DNA of 64,000 nucleotides from Octopus vulgaris. Its lineage: Eukaryota. The first letter of the stretch is position 1; each line of letters opens with the position of its first letter. Under the pieces are notes generated by a model. That model saw nothing but the letters and a program-made list of their open reading frames with translations, was not told the origin of the DNA and did not search any database. The translations under genes were made by a program, and so were the position numbers. The DNA is taken from the NCBI GenBank assembly GCA_951406725.2, contig OX597818.1, positions 75,392,001-75,456,000 of the forward strand. The letters run 5' to 3'. This document shows, piece after piece, positions 13,071 through 27,645 of the stretch.

Positions 13071-16000
13071 CCAAAGTCAAACCTGAACCATACCTGAACC
13101 ATGCCTGCACCTTACAATATGTAGTCAATCTACATTAGAAATATGAAGGGGAATGAACACTACCCATTTGCTATATAATTTTCATAATTTATTCTTTGAA
13201 TGTACTGATATAGTACAGCTGAGAATAAAGTATTGGCAGCCAGGCGTTGTGAACTTTTGTTTCGTAATAGACGTATAAAATAACTGAGAGAATTGTTTCA
13301 ATTACTGCTCCACCCTCTGGAATGGGTTGAAAAGGGATGCAACTCTTAACCGTTTGCTACCAGTGTTGGTTGGCAAAGAACTTGTAATGTTCCAGGAATT
13401 TATTTAGCATTAAAGAATAAGATGTTCGTGGGTTGATTGTTGTGTGTAAGGAAAGGATGTGTGTGGTCAGAGGATATGATGGTGAAGATGGGTATTATAA
13501 TTAGTAATGACTGAATGTTGTGTGTGATTGCAGAACCAGATAAATAATATGTCGGTGAAGAATATGGATAAGCATGGGTAATACCTGATGCTATACAGTT
13601 GAGAATGACAAAAAATATAGCATCTGCTGTGGTTGTGTTGGTAAAGGAGGAAGACTAGAATCAAGAGGAATCAACATAAGTTGATGACGTAAATAGAGAG
13701 TTAAGCTGAGAAAAAGAGAAAGGGATTTGAGGAGAGCGAAAGAGAAAGAGATAAGGTAAGAGAGAGGGAGATAGAAAGTTGAATTGGAAGAGATGTCCTT
13801 AAAATAGAAATATAGATTGCCGATCAAGAAGTTTGGAAGGTAGTAGAGACAGAACATGAACTGAAAGAAATGTATAAAAAGAGAGACAAAAGACATTGAG
13901 ACACAAAAGGCTGGTGGTTGTGGTGGTGGTGGTGGTGGTGGTGGTGGTGGTGGTGGTGGTGGTGGTGGTGGTGGTGGTAGTGGTGGTGGTGCTGGTGGTA
14001 CTGGTGGTGCTGGTGGTGCTTGTGATGATGGTGGTGCTGGTGGTGCTTGTGGTGATGGTGGTGCTGGTGACGCTGGTGGCGTTAATAGTGCTGGTGGTGC
14101 TGGTAGGAGTGAAACACTATTACGTTGGTTAAGTACTTCCCACTATTTAACCGTCAAAATATTCACGCACCATTTCTTAATTCTTTCTCATTTTTCCTAA
14201 GAATTTTCTTCAATACGGTTTCTTGCTTCCATTTACGGAACAATGAACCTGTTATGGCTTCTTATTAAATAATGCCATTGTTTATTGAAATTTTAAAATA
14301 CAAGGGCATGTGAGGAGAAATATTTGATAATTCATTTTTTCATTGAAGAATATAAAATTTTCATTATTGCATTTTCAACATTTTTGTTTTTAATTTTCTC
14401 CATTTTCTCTCTTTCCTTCTTTTATGAAATGTTTTAGAAATTATCTTCAAACATTCTCTAATAACTGGGCAGAACTTTGGAAATATCTTTTTCTTTTGTA
14501 ATCCCAAAATGAAAATCCCTACAAAGAAAGCAGAAGAGCAGCTCTTACTGTTGATGAAGGGCTCTCTATACCATAGCTCGTCTTGCTAAAAATAGCAACC
14601 AAATTTCACTCAAATCATATCCTACTGCCTTGAAAATGGGACGGCACATACGACAACGTAATCCTAAATATAGAAAAGACAGGAAAGTCACAGCTGAAAC
14701 ATTTTTGATCAAGGTTTGACTTGGTTTGTACTGACCTGAGGCTAAATAGCAGCTGGGAAAGTGTCTTTTACTGCAATACTGCGACGACCAATACCTTATA
14801 AGGGAATTTGATAGACGACAACTGTACAAAACCTGTGTATATCTGTATGTGTAAGAATATGGTGGGAAATGTGTGTTTGTACGAGTGTGAGGGTATGAGT
14901 TTTTACATTCTGTGTGCTTCGCATGGAAAACACCTCAACAGATCGTCTGCTGGTTCCGTGCTTTCGGGGAAGTACAGAATATGCGTTTCTTTATATGAAA
15001 GACAGAAAAGTGTTAGCAACAGGATGGGCATTCGGCTGTAAAACATAATAGATTTCCGTCAAATCCAAGCTAGTATGGAAAAACAAACTTTAAAAAATTT
15101 GAACTTAAAAATAACAAAACAATACACAAGGAAATCATTTAAAATAGGAAAGCAATTATATATGTGAGGTAATATTGCAAGAGACTTATATTAATTACAT
15201 AATTGGCTTATTTTGTTATTTTTAAGGTTGTTTTTACATGTATGCAAAATCTGGGTGTGAGACCCTAGGTATTCTAACTTTACACAAATATATAATGTAT
15301 TGTTATGAATGTTTACTGGACTAATCTGTTGTTGTGACGTAGAAGCCACTTTATCTATTGCTTTAATTATTTTTGTCTAGATGGCGCTGATGAAAACCCT
15401 CTCCAATTAACCAGCAACAATAGTGATTTTCATTGCCATCTATTCTAAAATACTCATGTTTAACAGTGATATGTACTTGCGTCACTTGCCGTCCCCAGAC
15501 CTGGGATTAAAAAAGTAAAAACATTGCAATCTACTCAGCTTCCAAGATGTTACAATCCGCCATAGTACCAATTACATTTGTTTTGTAAACCATAAAACGA
15601 CATGTAAAGAAAACGGGTTAACAACTGTGATATTTAAGTCCGATGGACTCAAATATCAATATTCCCGAAATTTCTGGAATCATTTAAAAATATTTTTTTT
15701 TTATTTCAACGTATTGAAATTATCTTCTGACTCTGACACAGCATTAGAATGCAATCAGCGAAATAGCTGTGAGAAGTTGTTCATACACCAAGTACACACT
15801 ATAACGGTACTGGATATCTTCCACGTTTCATGTATTTGTTACAGTGCTTCCACTTCCTGAAACATGAACATGAATTATATAGCACAATGAAATATCTGCA
15901 TAAAACTATGTCAGTTTTGCATTTGATTCTCAAATGTGCTGACCCGGGACATACAAAAATTGTAGAAAAGCCAGAATGTGAACCACTGATCTTTTAACTT

Positions 16001-17218
16001 CCTAGTAATTTCCTGCATACTCAGACGTTCACTTTCACATAATAAACTTAGGGTAAATGCACATAAATTATACGTATTCATTCTATGACACATCCTTTCC
16101 GTATACACACCCAAACACGCACACACATGCACGCGCATACATAAGTCCGTGCTTTAAATACACTAACAACAAGCGTTGCGTAATGTGCGGGGCTAAGATA
16201 ATTAACTGTCAACAGCAGAGGAGAAACTATCAATAATTTTGTACAGTACCACTGGTGACGGGGCGAATTCGTCCCGTGATAAAATCCATCTAATACAGAA
16301 TGCAAACACCCTGAATACAGAACGCTCGAACTTTTGAATCATCTGGGGAAAAACAATTTAGCAATGTTGAGATAACGGAACGGTATTGATTTGTGAGAAA
16401 GAGGGTTTTACAGAGAGAAAAATAGAGAAAGTAAGACTGAGAAGGAAAAAATAAACAGTGATACATAAATAGAAGAGAGAAAGAATATGAAGGCAAGAAG
16501 AGGCCAATGTAGTTGCTTTTATTATATTAAGTCGTCATGTTGTCGGAAATAGACGTAAATAGAATCTAAAATTCCGCTCAGCCACGTGCTATATTGCGAA
16601 AGTAAAATAACATAAAACGGTATTCACTTATTCACTGCTGGTATTTTAATAAGTTCGCTAGATTTAAGATATTAATTTGAATGTTAATTATAACTACTAC
16701 ATGGGCAGTTGAAATAATAGATTACAGTAGAGTGATGGGGGACTAAACAGCTTTGATTACTTAATTTAACGTTGTCTCTCAACGTTCCTTTCAGCCTTCA
16801 CTGATGTTGACTTTGCCTTTTGTCCTTCTGAGATCAATAAAATAAGGATACCAACAGAAGAGAACAAGTTCGAATAAATGTTCTTATTCTTCCGAAGTCT
16901 CTTCTTTTGACTATACCTGTCGGCTAACAAACATTTATTGTGAGACTAATCGTAATAAATTTATTTATCAAGAGGTTAAATCTGAGTGACAATTAGTTAA
17001 GTTAGACATACGATTACCTAGCATGTTGGTGTCAATAGGTACAATCATAATAGTGACTTATACAATACTTTGTTATATTGCTCTAGTGCACGAATCTCTG
17101 AGTTCAGAAACTGCCCACGTCACCATAGCCTTTTACAATTTTTTTAGTGATCAATGAATAAATTACCACCTGTGCCTGTACGTCTTCCTCCCCTCCTCTC
17201 CTTCTCTTTGTCTAGTTT

Positions 17219-17272
<54 letters not shown>

Positions 17273-17885
17273 TTTCTTTTTCTCTTTCTCACTCTCTCAG
17301 AACTACGCCTGCAATTCAAAGGTCCAACTTCGTTGATAGAATAACTGAGCGCTCATCGCTGAAACTGGCGTAAAATCCATCATTACTTTGATCACGTAAT
17401 ATATTTACTTTCGTATCCATTGCAACGAATGCAGTGTAGCAAACTGGAAATTCTCAGATATCCTGATGTCATTTTCCAGTTTTGTACAGAATTTTGTTCT
17501 TAAGAAATATATCATGTGATCATTGACAAATCACGATTTGGTGATGGGGACTTTGTTTTGGTGAGAGGTGGTTATAACCATCATTGATATCAGCAAGTAA
17601 TGTGTATTTTCACGAAGAAATATTCCAATATAGATATTCAGAAATTTTACAGCCACTCCCTGTTTTTACTTTCTACCATCTCAGTTCAAATCCCGCTGAG
17701 GTTAACTCTTGGCTTTCATTTATTGATATCACATTCATATCTTTCTGAACTTCTCACCTGAATTGCTCAAAGTCGTTTTCAAACATTTATTTCATTTACA
17801 TACATGGTACTGCTTCAAGCAAATTACAACATTCCTTACATACTCACACCCAACTCCCACACACACGCACAAACACAGACAGGTG

Positions 17886-18041
<156 letters not shown>

Positions 18042-18329
18042 CTGATTCTGGCTATCAAAAATTAATTTGTACTTCGGTTCAAAAATGTTATTTTTCCTAC
18101 CCGATAGGTAACAAAGTTTTTAAAAGAGATTTATTCGGATGGCGATGGGTTTAAATTCCGCCGAGGTCGACTTTGCCTTTCATCATTGGGGGTCGATAAA
18201 TTAAGTACCAAAAATTTTGAGCCTTGTGCCTAGAGTAGAAAAGAATATATTATAGTTATCAGGTAAACATTAAAAAAATTTTGTTAAGCCATTAACAAAG
18301 TGGCTTGACAAAATTTCGGTTCGAAAACT

Positions 18330-18420
18330 GAAGGATAGGAAAAACATTTTTATCATTCAAGTTCCAGACATATTTAGACAACATAGTAGTATGTTTTTCT
18401 AAATATCTAAAAGAATGAGA
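18330..18420 (-). pseudogene. Penelope-like GIY-YIG endonuclease fragment
   Basis: HSFRYLEKHTTMLSKYVWNLNDK resembles the HxxSF...TxLSKYIWxLK segment and the copy at 60422-60730. Confidence 0.5.
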
Positions 18421-18421
18421 A

Positions 18422-18492
<71 letters not shown>

Positions 18493-18493
<1 letters not shown>

Positions 18494-18725
18494 GTTTCTT
18501 TATTGGCCACACAGGGCTGCACACAGATGGGACAAGTTACAAGGTAGAGCTTTTCTTTTGGGGGAGAAAAAAAAGGTGGCGTAGGTTTTCGATCAAAAGG
18601 GATCGTAAAAGGGAAAAAAGAATAAAAAAAAAAGAAAAAAGAAAAAAAGGAAAAGAAAAAAAAAGAAAGAAAATGAAGAAAAAAAGGAAAAGAAAAAGAA
18701 AAAAAGAAAAAAGGGAAAAAAAGAA

Positions 18726-18728
<3 letters not shown>
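18493..18728 (-). mobile_element. 3' end of a non-LTR retroelement embedded in (GATA)n
   Basis: On the minus strand a T-rich tract, then unique sequence, then GCCAATAAAGAAACTT(ATCT)n. (GATA)n flanks both sides. Confidence 0.5.
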
Positions 18729-18809
<81 letters not shown>

Positions 18810-19386
18810 GGTATCTACTCACACACACGCACACACTCACACACACACGCACACACGAGCACAAACATGAATTGACAAGCCAATCTCACAAAAAAGATGT
18901 AGTGATGGCATGCAACTTCGTCGTTATAGATAAAACTGGCCTTCCATAATATTCCATTAGTACGGCCTTCCATAATCCAAATGAAAATCACGTATCATAA
19001 ATGTTCGATAATTGTCGTTAAGTTTCGATATTTTCAAATGAAAATTGAATTATTGGTTTGTATTAATAATGAAATGCAGTTGCAAAGTGCATAATTACTC
19101 CAAAAGTAACAGCAACATTTTTTTTCATTTTCATTTTTTAAGTGGTTTTTGTCAGGAGAATAAAATATGAAGTGAGTGGGGGCACATACACAAACACTCA
19201 TACACACACATACACATTCACATACAGACTCACATACATACACATACAAACATACACTCACAGCATCACATACACACTCATACACTCACATAAACATACT
19301 TACACTCACATACATACACATACTCACATACACTCTCATATACACACGCATACACATAAATATATACTTACCACATACACACACAG

Positions 19387-19512
<126 letters not shown>

Positions 19513-21094
19513 GCGCAGACATAGCTGAATGGTTAAGAAGCCCGCTTTGCAACCACAGTGTTTCGGGTTCAGTCTCACCGCGCAAAAACACGGGAGATTG
19601 ACGATGATGATGATGTTACTGTTGTTGATATTGTTCTTGGTAGTGTTGCTGTTGTAGTGGCGGTGGTGGTGGTGGCAGTGATGTTAACGCTATTGTCCCT
19701 ATTGTTGCTGTGGTGGTTATCGTCGTCGTTGATGCTAATGTTGTTATTGTTAATGGAGGTGGTGGTGGTAGTGTTATTGTTGTTGATATTGTTCTTGGTA
19801 GTCGTTGTCGTTGTTGTTGTTATTGTTAGGGGTATTGTTGCTCATGTTCTCCATGTTGCTGTTGTTATTGCTATTTAAACATGTTCGAGTGTGTAGTTCT
19901 ACTGTAGAACTTGTCAGGTGGGGAAATTTTGTACCTATATATTCGTAAAACCATATTTCTTTAGCCTTAGGTTGAACTGGATCGAGTAGACCTCTGATCA
20001 AAGTCCATCTGTAAACCTCCCAACTTTCTTTCGAGCAAAATCAACGACATTGTGTACCACACCACATCCTTCTGTGTTCTTAACTTTTTGAAGACGATAA
20101 GGCCTGGTTTGAGGGAGATTTAGGTGCAATTTCTTGCAGGATGTGTGAATTATGTAGAGTATCTCCGCCCCACGTTTATTGTTAAAATATGAAAATAAAC
20201 GTCCATCACTAACAACACCAACACTACATGCTATACCACAACCACCAACACAACCACCACAAGCATAACCAATATCACCACTATCTACAATACTTTCAAC
20301 AAGACGTCTATGAGTTGAGTGGAGACGAAAAGGCTGATGTCCCCAACAATACCTTTTGTAGTTGGAAAGGAGTTTAAGTTTCAAGGATACGGGCTGTGAA
20401 AGAAAGAAAGAAAACGAGATAACGATGCAAAATGAGTATTAATAGAAATAAATGGAAAATTTACGAAGTAAAATGGAGGGGAGAGAAATGATTGATTAAA
20501 CTGAGACTGAATTCCATCAAAGGACGGATGAGCTAAATGTAGGTTCAACGACTATTTAGCAATAGCACAGGCCCTCAGAAATTCCGGGTTGGTGTCGGCG
20601 TGCTGGAAGACCACTGGAAGTGGGACACTCCTTGGTTTTTGTTAAAGCTTGTCTATAGAACCCGCTTCTATATTAGACTACGCCTGCTCAGATATTCGGT
20701 ATGACTTATTAAGCTCATCCTCTGCGACGATCGATAATCTACGGTAAGATGAGCTGCTACAGAGCACAGTATCCCAAAGTGTGTATGCATGTGACCGGAG
20801 ACCACATATGAACTTGTATTCGCACCGAAATTCCTAACATGAACTCTACACCCCAACAGCGACAGACGACTACAACTATGGCGTCCGTGCTTCATTACAG
20901 CTTCGACTGCGGTCGACCGTCGGATGTGGTCAACATTCGTGAGGGAGGTGGTGAACTCATTGGTCAGAGCCTGCTCAACACACATCGATAAATACTGCCG
21001 TAAGTACAAATAAATCCCATCATATGGGATAGGGAGCTTAAAGGCGCAACAGTTGTAACAATGTTGAAAGCTTACAAGCACATACACATGCATA

Positions 21095-21162
<68 letters not shown>

Positions 21163-21211
21163 AATACATACATAGATACATACACAGAAACATACATATA
21201 TGTGTATGTAT

Positions 21212-21305
<94 letters not shown>

Positions 21306-22389
21306 CTGTAAATGTAATATGTGACAATTATTCGGTAGCCAAGATAAAACTCCGAGTTTTATGTGTATATATACATTTACACATACACACACAGAGACAT
21401 ATATACACCTGCTTTGCTTGCTGGTTTCTATAAAAATCCACTTAAACATGGCTGTTCCGAAGGAACCGACATTGATTTAGAAGTTGAACTTTAGAAGCTG
21501 AAATATGTCACAAGCATGTTTTAACTAACCTAAAGTTCACTTACGCCTAAACATTGCTTGGCACTGATACTGCTGTAACTTTTTACGACCTGGTGGTCTG
21601 ATGGTACAATTCAGTTAGTATTGACTGCGTTTTATTTAAAGCTGCAGCTTAATGTTTCGGTAAAAGTCATTCATTCATAGAATAAGTACCAGCCTTAAAA
21701 ATTAGCACTGGGGGTCGATTTCATGGACTCAACCTTTCAAGGCGAAGCCACAGTATAGTCGCTTGTCCATTGACTGAAACAAGATAAAAAGATAGAAATT
21801 CATCGTAAATTCTAAACAGAACTGAATCCATAGGACAAGGTTCACAATACACGAGGGGTTGCTCTAACCGGGAGTAATTCTCCTTTTCGCATACAACCCC
21901 ACAACCTCCATAACACAGCTACAGCTATAGGGGATTTCAATATCTATTTCCTGTCGTTGTCATCAAGTGGGATAAGATAACGCATCAGTATTTTACTTAA
22001 ATATCCTTCATCAAATATATCAATATTGATTTGTTCTTTGTATTTTCCTTCCACTTCCTTCGATTTTTTTTGTTATATTTATTTATTCATACCTTTATTT
22101 ATTCATGCATTTATTTATAACTAATATTCCTTCGAGAATAGTTTTTGAGTCCGTTGTTGCTTTCAATATATTTTCGTTTCTTTTATTTTCTCTATTTATT
22201 TTGAGGCTACGCGGTCAGTGATGAAAAGAATCAATGTGTGTGTGTAGTTGTAAGTGTGTGTGAGTATGAATGTGTGTGTGTGTGTGTATGTGTGTGCGAT
22301 TGTGTGTATATGCATCTACATCTGTATATCTATATTTCTATATGTATATACTTGTACGAATATATGTGTGTGTATGTATATCTGTATAT

Positions 22390-22420
<31 letters not shown>

Positions 22421-23521
22421 TACATATAAATATACGCATAAATACAGCACATATATTTACACATATATATAGACATATATAAACAATATATATATATATA
22501 TATTCATATATGCGTGCAAGAGTATATGTATATACATATTTATGTATATGTGTGTACATATGTGTACATATGTGTGTACACACATGCGTGCGTTATACGT
22601 AAATACAAATGCTCACACATGCACATTCATAATTCATATGGAGACACATATATATGTACATATATCCTGTACGTACGTGGATGTATACATAGTTATATAT
22701 ACACACAAATACATGCATACACATACGCAAACATTTATACACTCATATATAGAAACAGACATCCACAAAAGTACATACATATACATACATACTTATACGT
22801 ATGCAAAACACATACACACATGTCAAAATTAATATCTATATCTCCAATTACTTCATGTTTACTTTTCATCCAAGGGAGATTTCGGAAAGCAACAACTCTC
22901 TACATATTGTTTGCTATTGTTGTTGTTTTTGTTGCGTTTGTTATTGCCGCTATTGTCAACATAATTTTACATAATTCTCGAGAGTTTCTTTTTCCAAATT
23001 CTAATTCATTTACACACACACCACCACCACCACACACTGACATGCATGATCATGCTAGTACTTGCACGTACACACATATATCACATGCATGTTTGTATGT
23101 ATGTATTATGTATATGTATTTATATTATTTATATATACATACACACACACACACACATATATGTATGTATATATATATATGTATATACACATATACACAC
23201 ACACACTCACATATATATACTCAGGATCAGAATAAAACTGGCGATTCGATTGTCAAATTTGGGGGGGGGGGCTACTTGATGGTTAAATATGATGTTTAGA
23301 ATTCTATACATATATCATTCAGGGTGTGATAAAATCATAGAAAAGTTAGACATACATAGGCGCAGGAGTGGTTGTGTGGTAAGTAGCTTGCTTACCAACT
23401 ACATGGTTTCGGGTTCAGTCCCACTGCGTGGCATCTTGGGCAAGCGTCTTCTACTATAGCCACGGGCCGACCAAAGCCTTGTGAGTGGATTTGGTAAACG
23501 GAAACTGAAAGAAGCCCGTCG

Positions 23522-24018
23522 TTTCTCTTTTCTCTCGCTTATTATTTTGCCTCCTCTTTAGTCTGTTACTCTCTCTCCCTCACTCCTCCACCCTTGCTCA
23601 CGTGGCTCCCACGTGACTATCGGCCATCTTTCTTTCTCTCCGTTGTAGCTGGAACAAAGAAGACGTATTCTTGTCTGTCTCCTGTCCATGCTTGATTTAC
23701 GCGTTCGCTACCACAACCTCTTTTAGGCTTAACAGCCCTTCTGTTTGTATTACCAATTTTGATCCTCCGCAAAATCCCAAATTTTATTTAATATGCTTTG
23801 CGGGAGCAACTGTTTTATCGAAAACGTATATTGTTGTTAAATGCTCGAAATACGAGACTAGAAAAACAGCCAACAACTGATGAAGGGTCGTTATTTATGT
23901 TGTTTGTCTTGTTTTCCATTTGTGTCATTTGTTATTCGAAAAAACAGTTCATATTCCATGTACTCGTGCTTCGTATTTTTATGTTGTACACGTTTCATGA
24001 CGTCCTGTACCCACATAT

Positions 24019-24022
<4 letters not shown>
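23522..24022 (+). mobile_element. PLE-like terminal repeat, subfamily 1, ending in (TA)n
   Basis: Shares the GTCCTGTACCCA 3' motif and the ribozyme architecture with the 36.4-kb and 38.8-kb elements. Confidence 0.6.
23761..23889 (+). ncRNA. Non-circularly permuted hammerhead ribozyme candidate, copy A (intact core, AUA site)
   Basis: GATCCT | hairpin CCGC..GCGG | IIa GAGCA | P0a CTGTTTT | IIIb CGTA-T-A^ | Ib TTGTTG | IIb TGCTC-GAAA-IIIa TACG | P0b AAAACAG | Ia CAACAA-CTGATGA | AGGGTC. Every listed pair is complementary. Confidence 0.75.
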
Positions 24023-24049
<27 letters not shown>

Positions 24050-24421
24050 GATATATGTATGTACATATACGTATGTATATATGCATATATATATATATTA
24101 TTTATATTATTATATATGTGTGTTTGTGTGTTTGTCCCCCAACATCGCTTGACAACCGATGCTGGTGTGTTTACGTCCCCGTAACTTAGTGGTTCGGAAA
24201 AATAAACGATAGAATAAATACTAGGCTTACAAAGAACAAGTTTTGGAGTCGATTTGCTCGACTAGAGGTGGTGCTCCAGCATGGCCGCAGTCAAATAACT
24301 GTAACAAGTAAAAAAAAAAGAAAGTAAAAGTAATACATAGTTTATATGCAGTTCTAATCAAAAGTTATCTCTTACGCTGTCTAATTTAAAATAGATACAT
24401 TTCAAGATATATACATTTATG

Positions 24422-24458
<37 letters not shown>

Positions 24459-24483
24459 GTATGTATGTATGTATGTATGTATG

Positions 24484-24531
<48 letters not shown>

Positions 24532-24546
24532 GTATATATATATAAT

Positions 24547-24607
<61 letters not shown>

Positions 24608-25254
24608 GACAACAAAAGAATGAATGAGACCTCAATATTATGTAAATAGAGGAATTTATCTATAAATATAGGACAATATAGATAGTTGTCATAATAATGC
24701 TCAGAGTTTTAGATGCCGAATGTCTTTTAGCCCCGGCATCTGAAACTCTAAGTATTATTATGACAACTCACTGATTGTCCTATATTATATATATATATTC
24801 CACGAAAATCTTGCCGATATACGAATTTCCTAGTCTTATAGTTAAAATCATGAAACAATGTATTAGTATTTTCGGTCGAGAAAAAAATCCCAAGATGTGG
24901 AATGTGGATTGCCCCTCTTATTTCAGTTTCACTGAAGAGAGTGAAAATATACCGAGGGTTTACGAAATTTAACAGGCTAAAATCTCATAAGCCTATGGGT
25001 CATAAAAATATGAACGGACAATGTTTAAATAGAACAATATAGATGGTCAGAGATAAAAGATATGAGGAAGACAGAGAGAAAAAGATAGGGAGGAAAGGAA
25101 AAAGAAGCAAGATTGGAGTCAAGATAAATGTCCTGCTGCTAAAAGAGACATTACCAATAACCTATGGACAATTAAATGGTACATTTATACCACATACATG
25201 CACTCATGTTAATCACACTTACATGCATTTATGCACACACGCATATATAAACAT

Positions 25255-25830
25255 ATGTATAAACGGATGCAGGTTAAATCATCTCAAATTCGCTGATGAT
25301 ATTGTACTCATTTCCAGGAGCATTAAAAAATTAATAGAAATTCTCAGAGAAATAAAAGAAGAAAGTAAAAAATGTGGACTCAGAATTAACATAAATAAAA
25401 CGTAGATAATCTCCAACTATCTAATCACAGCTGGAAATGATAATGCAATAGTCGAACACGGAACCAATTCACCAATCTTGGACAAATAATATGCATAAAG
25501 GATAAAAGTCAGACCAAAGAAATTCAACGACTAATACAAATAGGATGGGCAGCCGTTGGTACATTGAGCCATATCATGAACAGTAATTTGCCTATGAGTC
25601 TAAAAATAAAGGTTTTCAGCCAGTGTGTGCTAACTATCAGTGCGCATGTACCAGAAACATGGACTACCAACAAGAGCATTGAAAATAAAATGAGAGCCCC
25701 TCAAAGGGCCATTGTAAGGAGAATGCTGAAGATTAACAAAGTGGATAAGTTGAGAAACAACAGGATAAGATTGGCAACAGGTTTAACGGATATTATCAGG
25801 AAAATTCAAATTCTGAAGTTGTCTTTTGCA
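25255..25830 (+). pseudogene. RTE-clade LINE reverse transcriptase fragment
   Basis: INGCRLNHLKFADDIVLI...GLRININKT, then LPMSLKIKVFSQCVL...ETWT...QRAIVRRML. Confidence 0.85.
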
Positions 25831-26021
25831 GAAATGCATTTAGAAATGTATTAAAAATAAAAATACAATACATATACAAATTGACAGTGTGACACCACGT
25901 CCTAAAGCAGGAGGGTGGTGGAGACCATGTAGAAGGTGGAATGAAGATTTAAGAAGAAATTATTCGGCACCCAAAAATGGATGAGGAAAACAGCAGTGAC
26001 CTGAACATGTACACGGATAAT

Positions 26022-26093
<72 letters not shown>

Positions 26094-26135
26094 GTGTGTG
26101 TATATATAGATAGATAGATAGATACATACATACAT

Positions 26136-26170
<35 letters not shown>

Positions 26171-26227
26171 TATATATACATATATATATACATATATATA
26201 AATATATGCATATATACATATAGGTAC

Positions 26228-26467
26228 ATACCTATTTCTTTACTACTCACAAGGGGCTAAACATAGAGGGGACAAACAAGTACAGACAAACGGATGAAGT
26301 CGATTACATCGACCCCAGTGCGTCACTAGTACTTAATTTATCGACCCCGAAAGGATGAAAGGCAAAGTCGACCTCGGCGGAAATTGAACTCAGAACGCAG
26401 CGGCGGACGAAATTCCACTAAGCATTTCGCCCGGCGCGCTAACGTGTCTGCCAGCTCGCCGCCTTTT
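26228..26467 (-). mobile_element. tRNA-derived SINE family B (Nin/Deu-like core)
   Basis: GGCGGCGAGCTGGCAG head, GAGTTCAATTTC B box and GCCTTTCATCCTTTCGGGGTCGATAAATTAAGTAC core. Partial copies at about 18150, 28110, 43255, 45432, 47035, 53960, 56245 and 57500. Confidence 0.85.
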
Positions 26468-26576
26468 AGGTACATACCTACATATATATGTATATGTACA
26501 TGCATATATGTGTAGAGGAAATCAAAAAACGTCAACAAATATGTGTGTGTATATATACATATATATGTATGAATAT

Positions 26577-26653
<77 letters not shown>

Positions 26654-26744
26654 CCAATCAATCGATTATTGAGTAATTTCAATACTAATCCATTAATACG
26701 ACACGCACAAATATGTGCATATATGTATGTATGTGTGTATGTTT

Positions 26745-26890
26745 GTAGGTAGGTAGGTAAGTAGGTAGGTAGGTAGGTAGGTAGGTAGGTAGGTAGGTAG
26801 GTAGGTAGGTAGGTAGGTAGGTAGGTAGGTAGGTAGGTAGGTAGGTAGGTAGGTAGGTAGGTAGGTAGGTAGGTAGGTAGGTAGGTAGGT
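26745..26890. repeat. (TAGG)n microsatellite
   Basis: Directly visible. Confidence 0.95.
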
Positions 26891-27415
26891 GTATATGTTC
26901 GTGGGTGTATGTATAAGTGATATAAATGGTTAAGTGTTCAGATTATTCAATAATGGATTGATTGTTTGACCAAGTTATCGATTGATATCTCGATTAAATT
27001 ATCAATAAATCTATTATTTCAAACATAAGGATACCTATCATTCAGTCTGGTGATTCTACGTCATAACAGTTTAAGATGTGGGTATATCGTCACCAACTGG
27101 TGCTTCTTTTACGAGATATGTGTGTTTTGCCGCCGCTTGTTTGTCTAAACATATAGCTGTGTATATACACATGTATAAATATATATATACATATATATGC
27201 GTGTGTGAGTGTGTGTGTGTGTGTGTGTGTATGTATATGTGTGTGTGTGCGTGTATGTGTGTATGTATGCATGTATGTATGTATGTATACATATTATATA
27301 CACATACAAATACATTAATAGATAGATATATACATAGATTGAGTCTTGTAAATACGCATATTATATATATATATATATAAATGTATATATATATATATGT
27401 ATATATATATGTATG

Positions 27416-27450
<35 letters not shown>

Positions 27451-27584
27451 CATATATAATGCATGCATATATATATGCATGTATGTATAAGTATTTATGA
27501 ATAGTCATATCAACTATATGCATATTAATATACATACTTATATAGACATAATTATACATACACATGCATAGACAGAGAGACAGG

Positions 27585-27645
<61 letters not shown>

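Larger units (their letters stand above)
23358..24331 (+). mobile_element. SINE family A split by a PLE-like insertion
   Basis: 5' half at 23358-23521 and 3' half at about 24118-24331, colinear with 10276-10652. Confidence 0.85.

Noticed and set aside
15386-15395. Isolated CTGATGA (also TTGATGA near 14550)
   Set aside because: No matching stem II, GAAA or NUH context found.
19880-21015. Two GC-richer blocks resembling decayed RTE 3' regions
   Set aside because: No motif clean enough to support a call.
26745-26890. Interstitial telomeric repeat
   Set aside because: The unit is TAGG, not TTAGGG or TTAGG; an ordinary tetranucleotide microsatellite.
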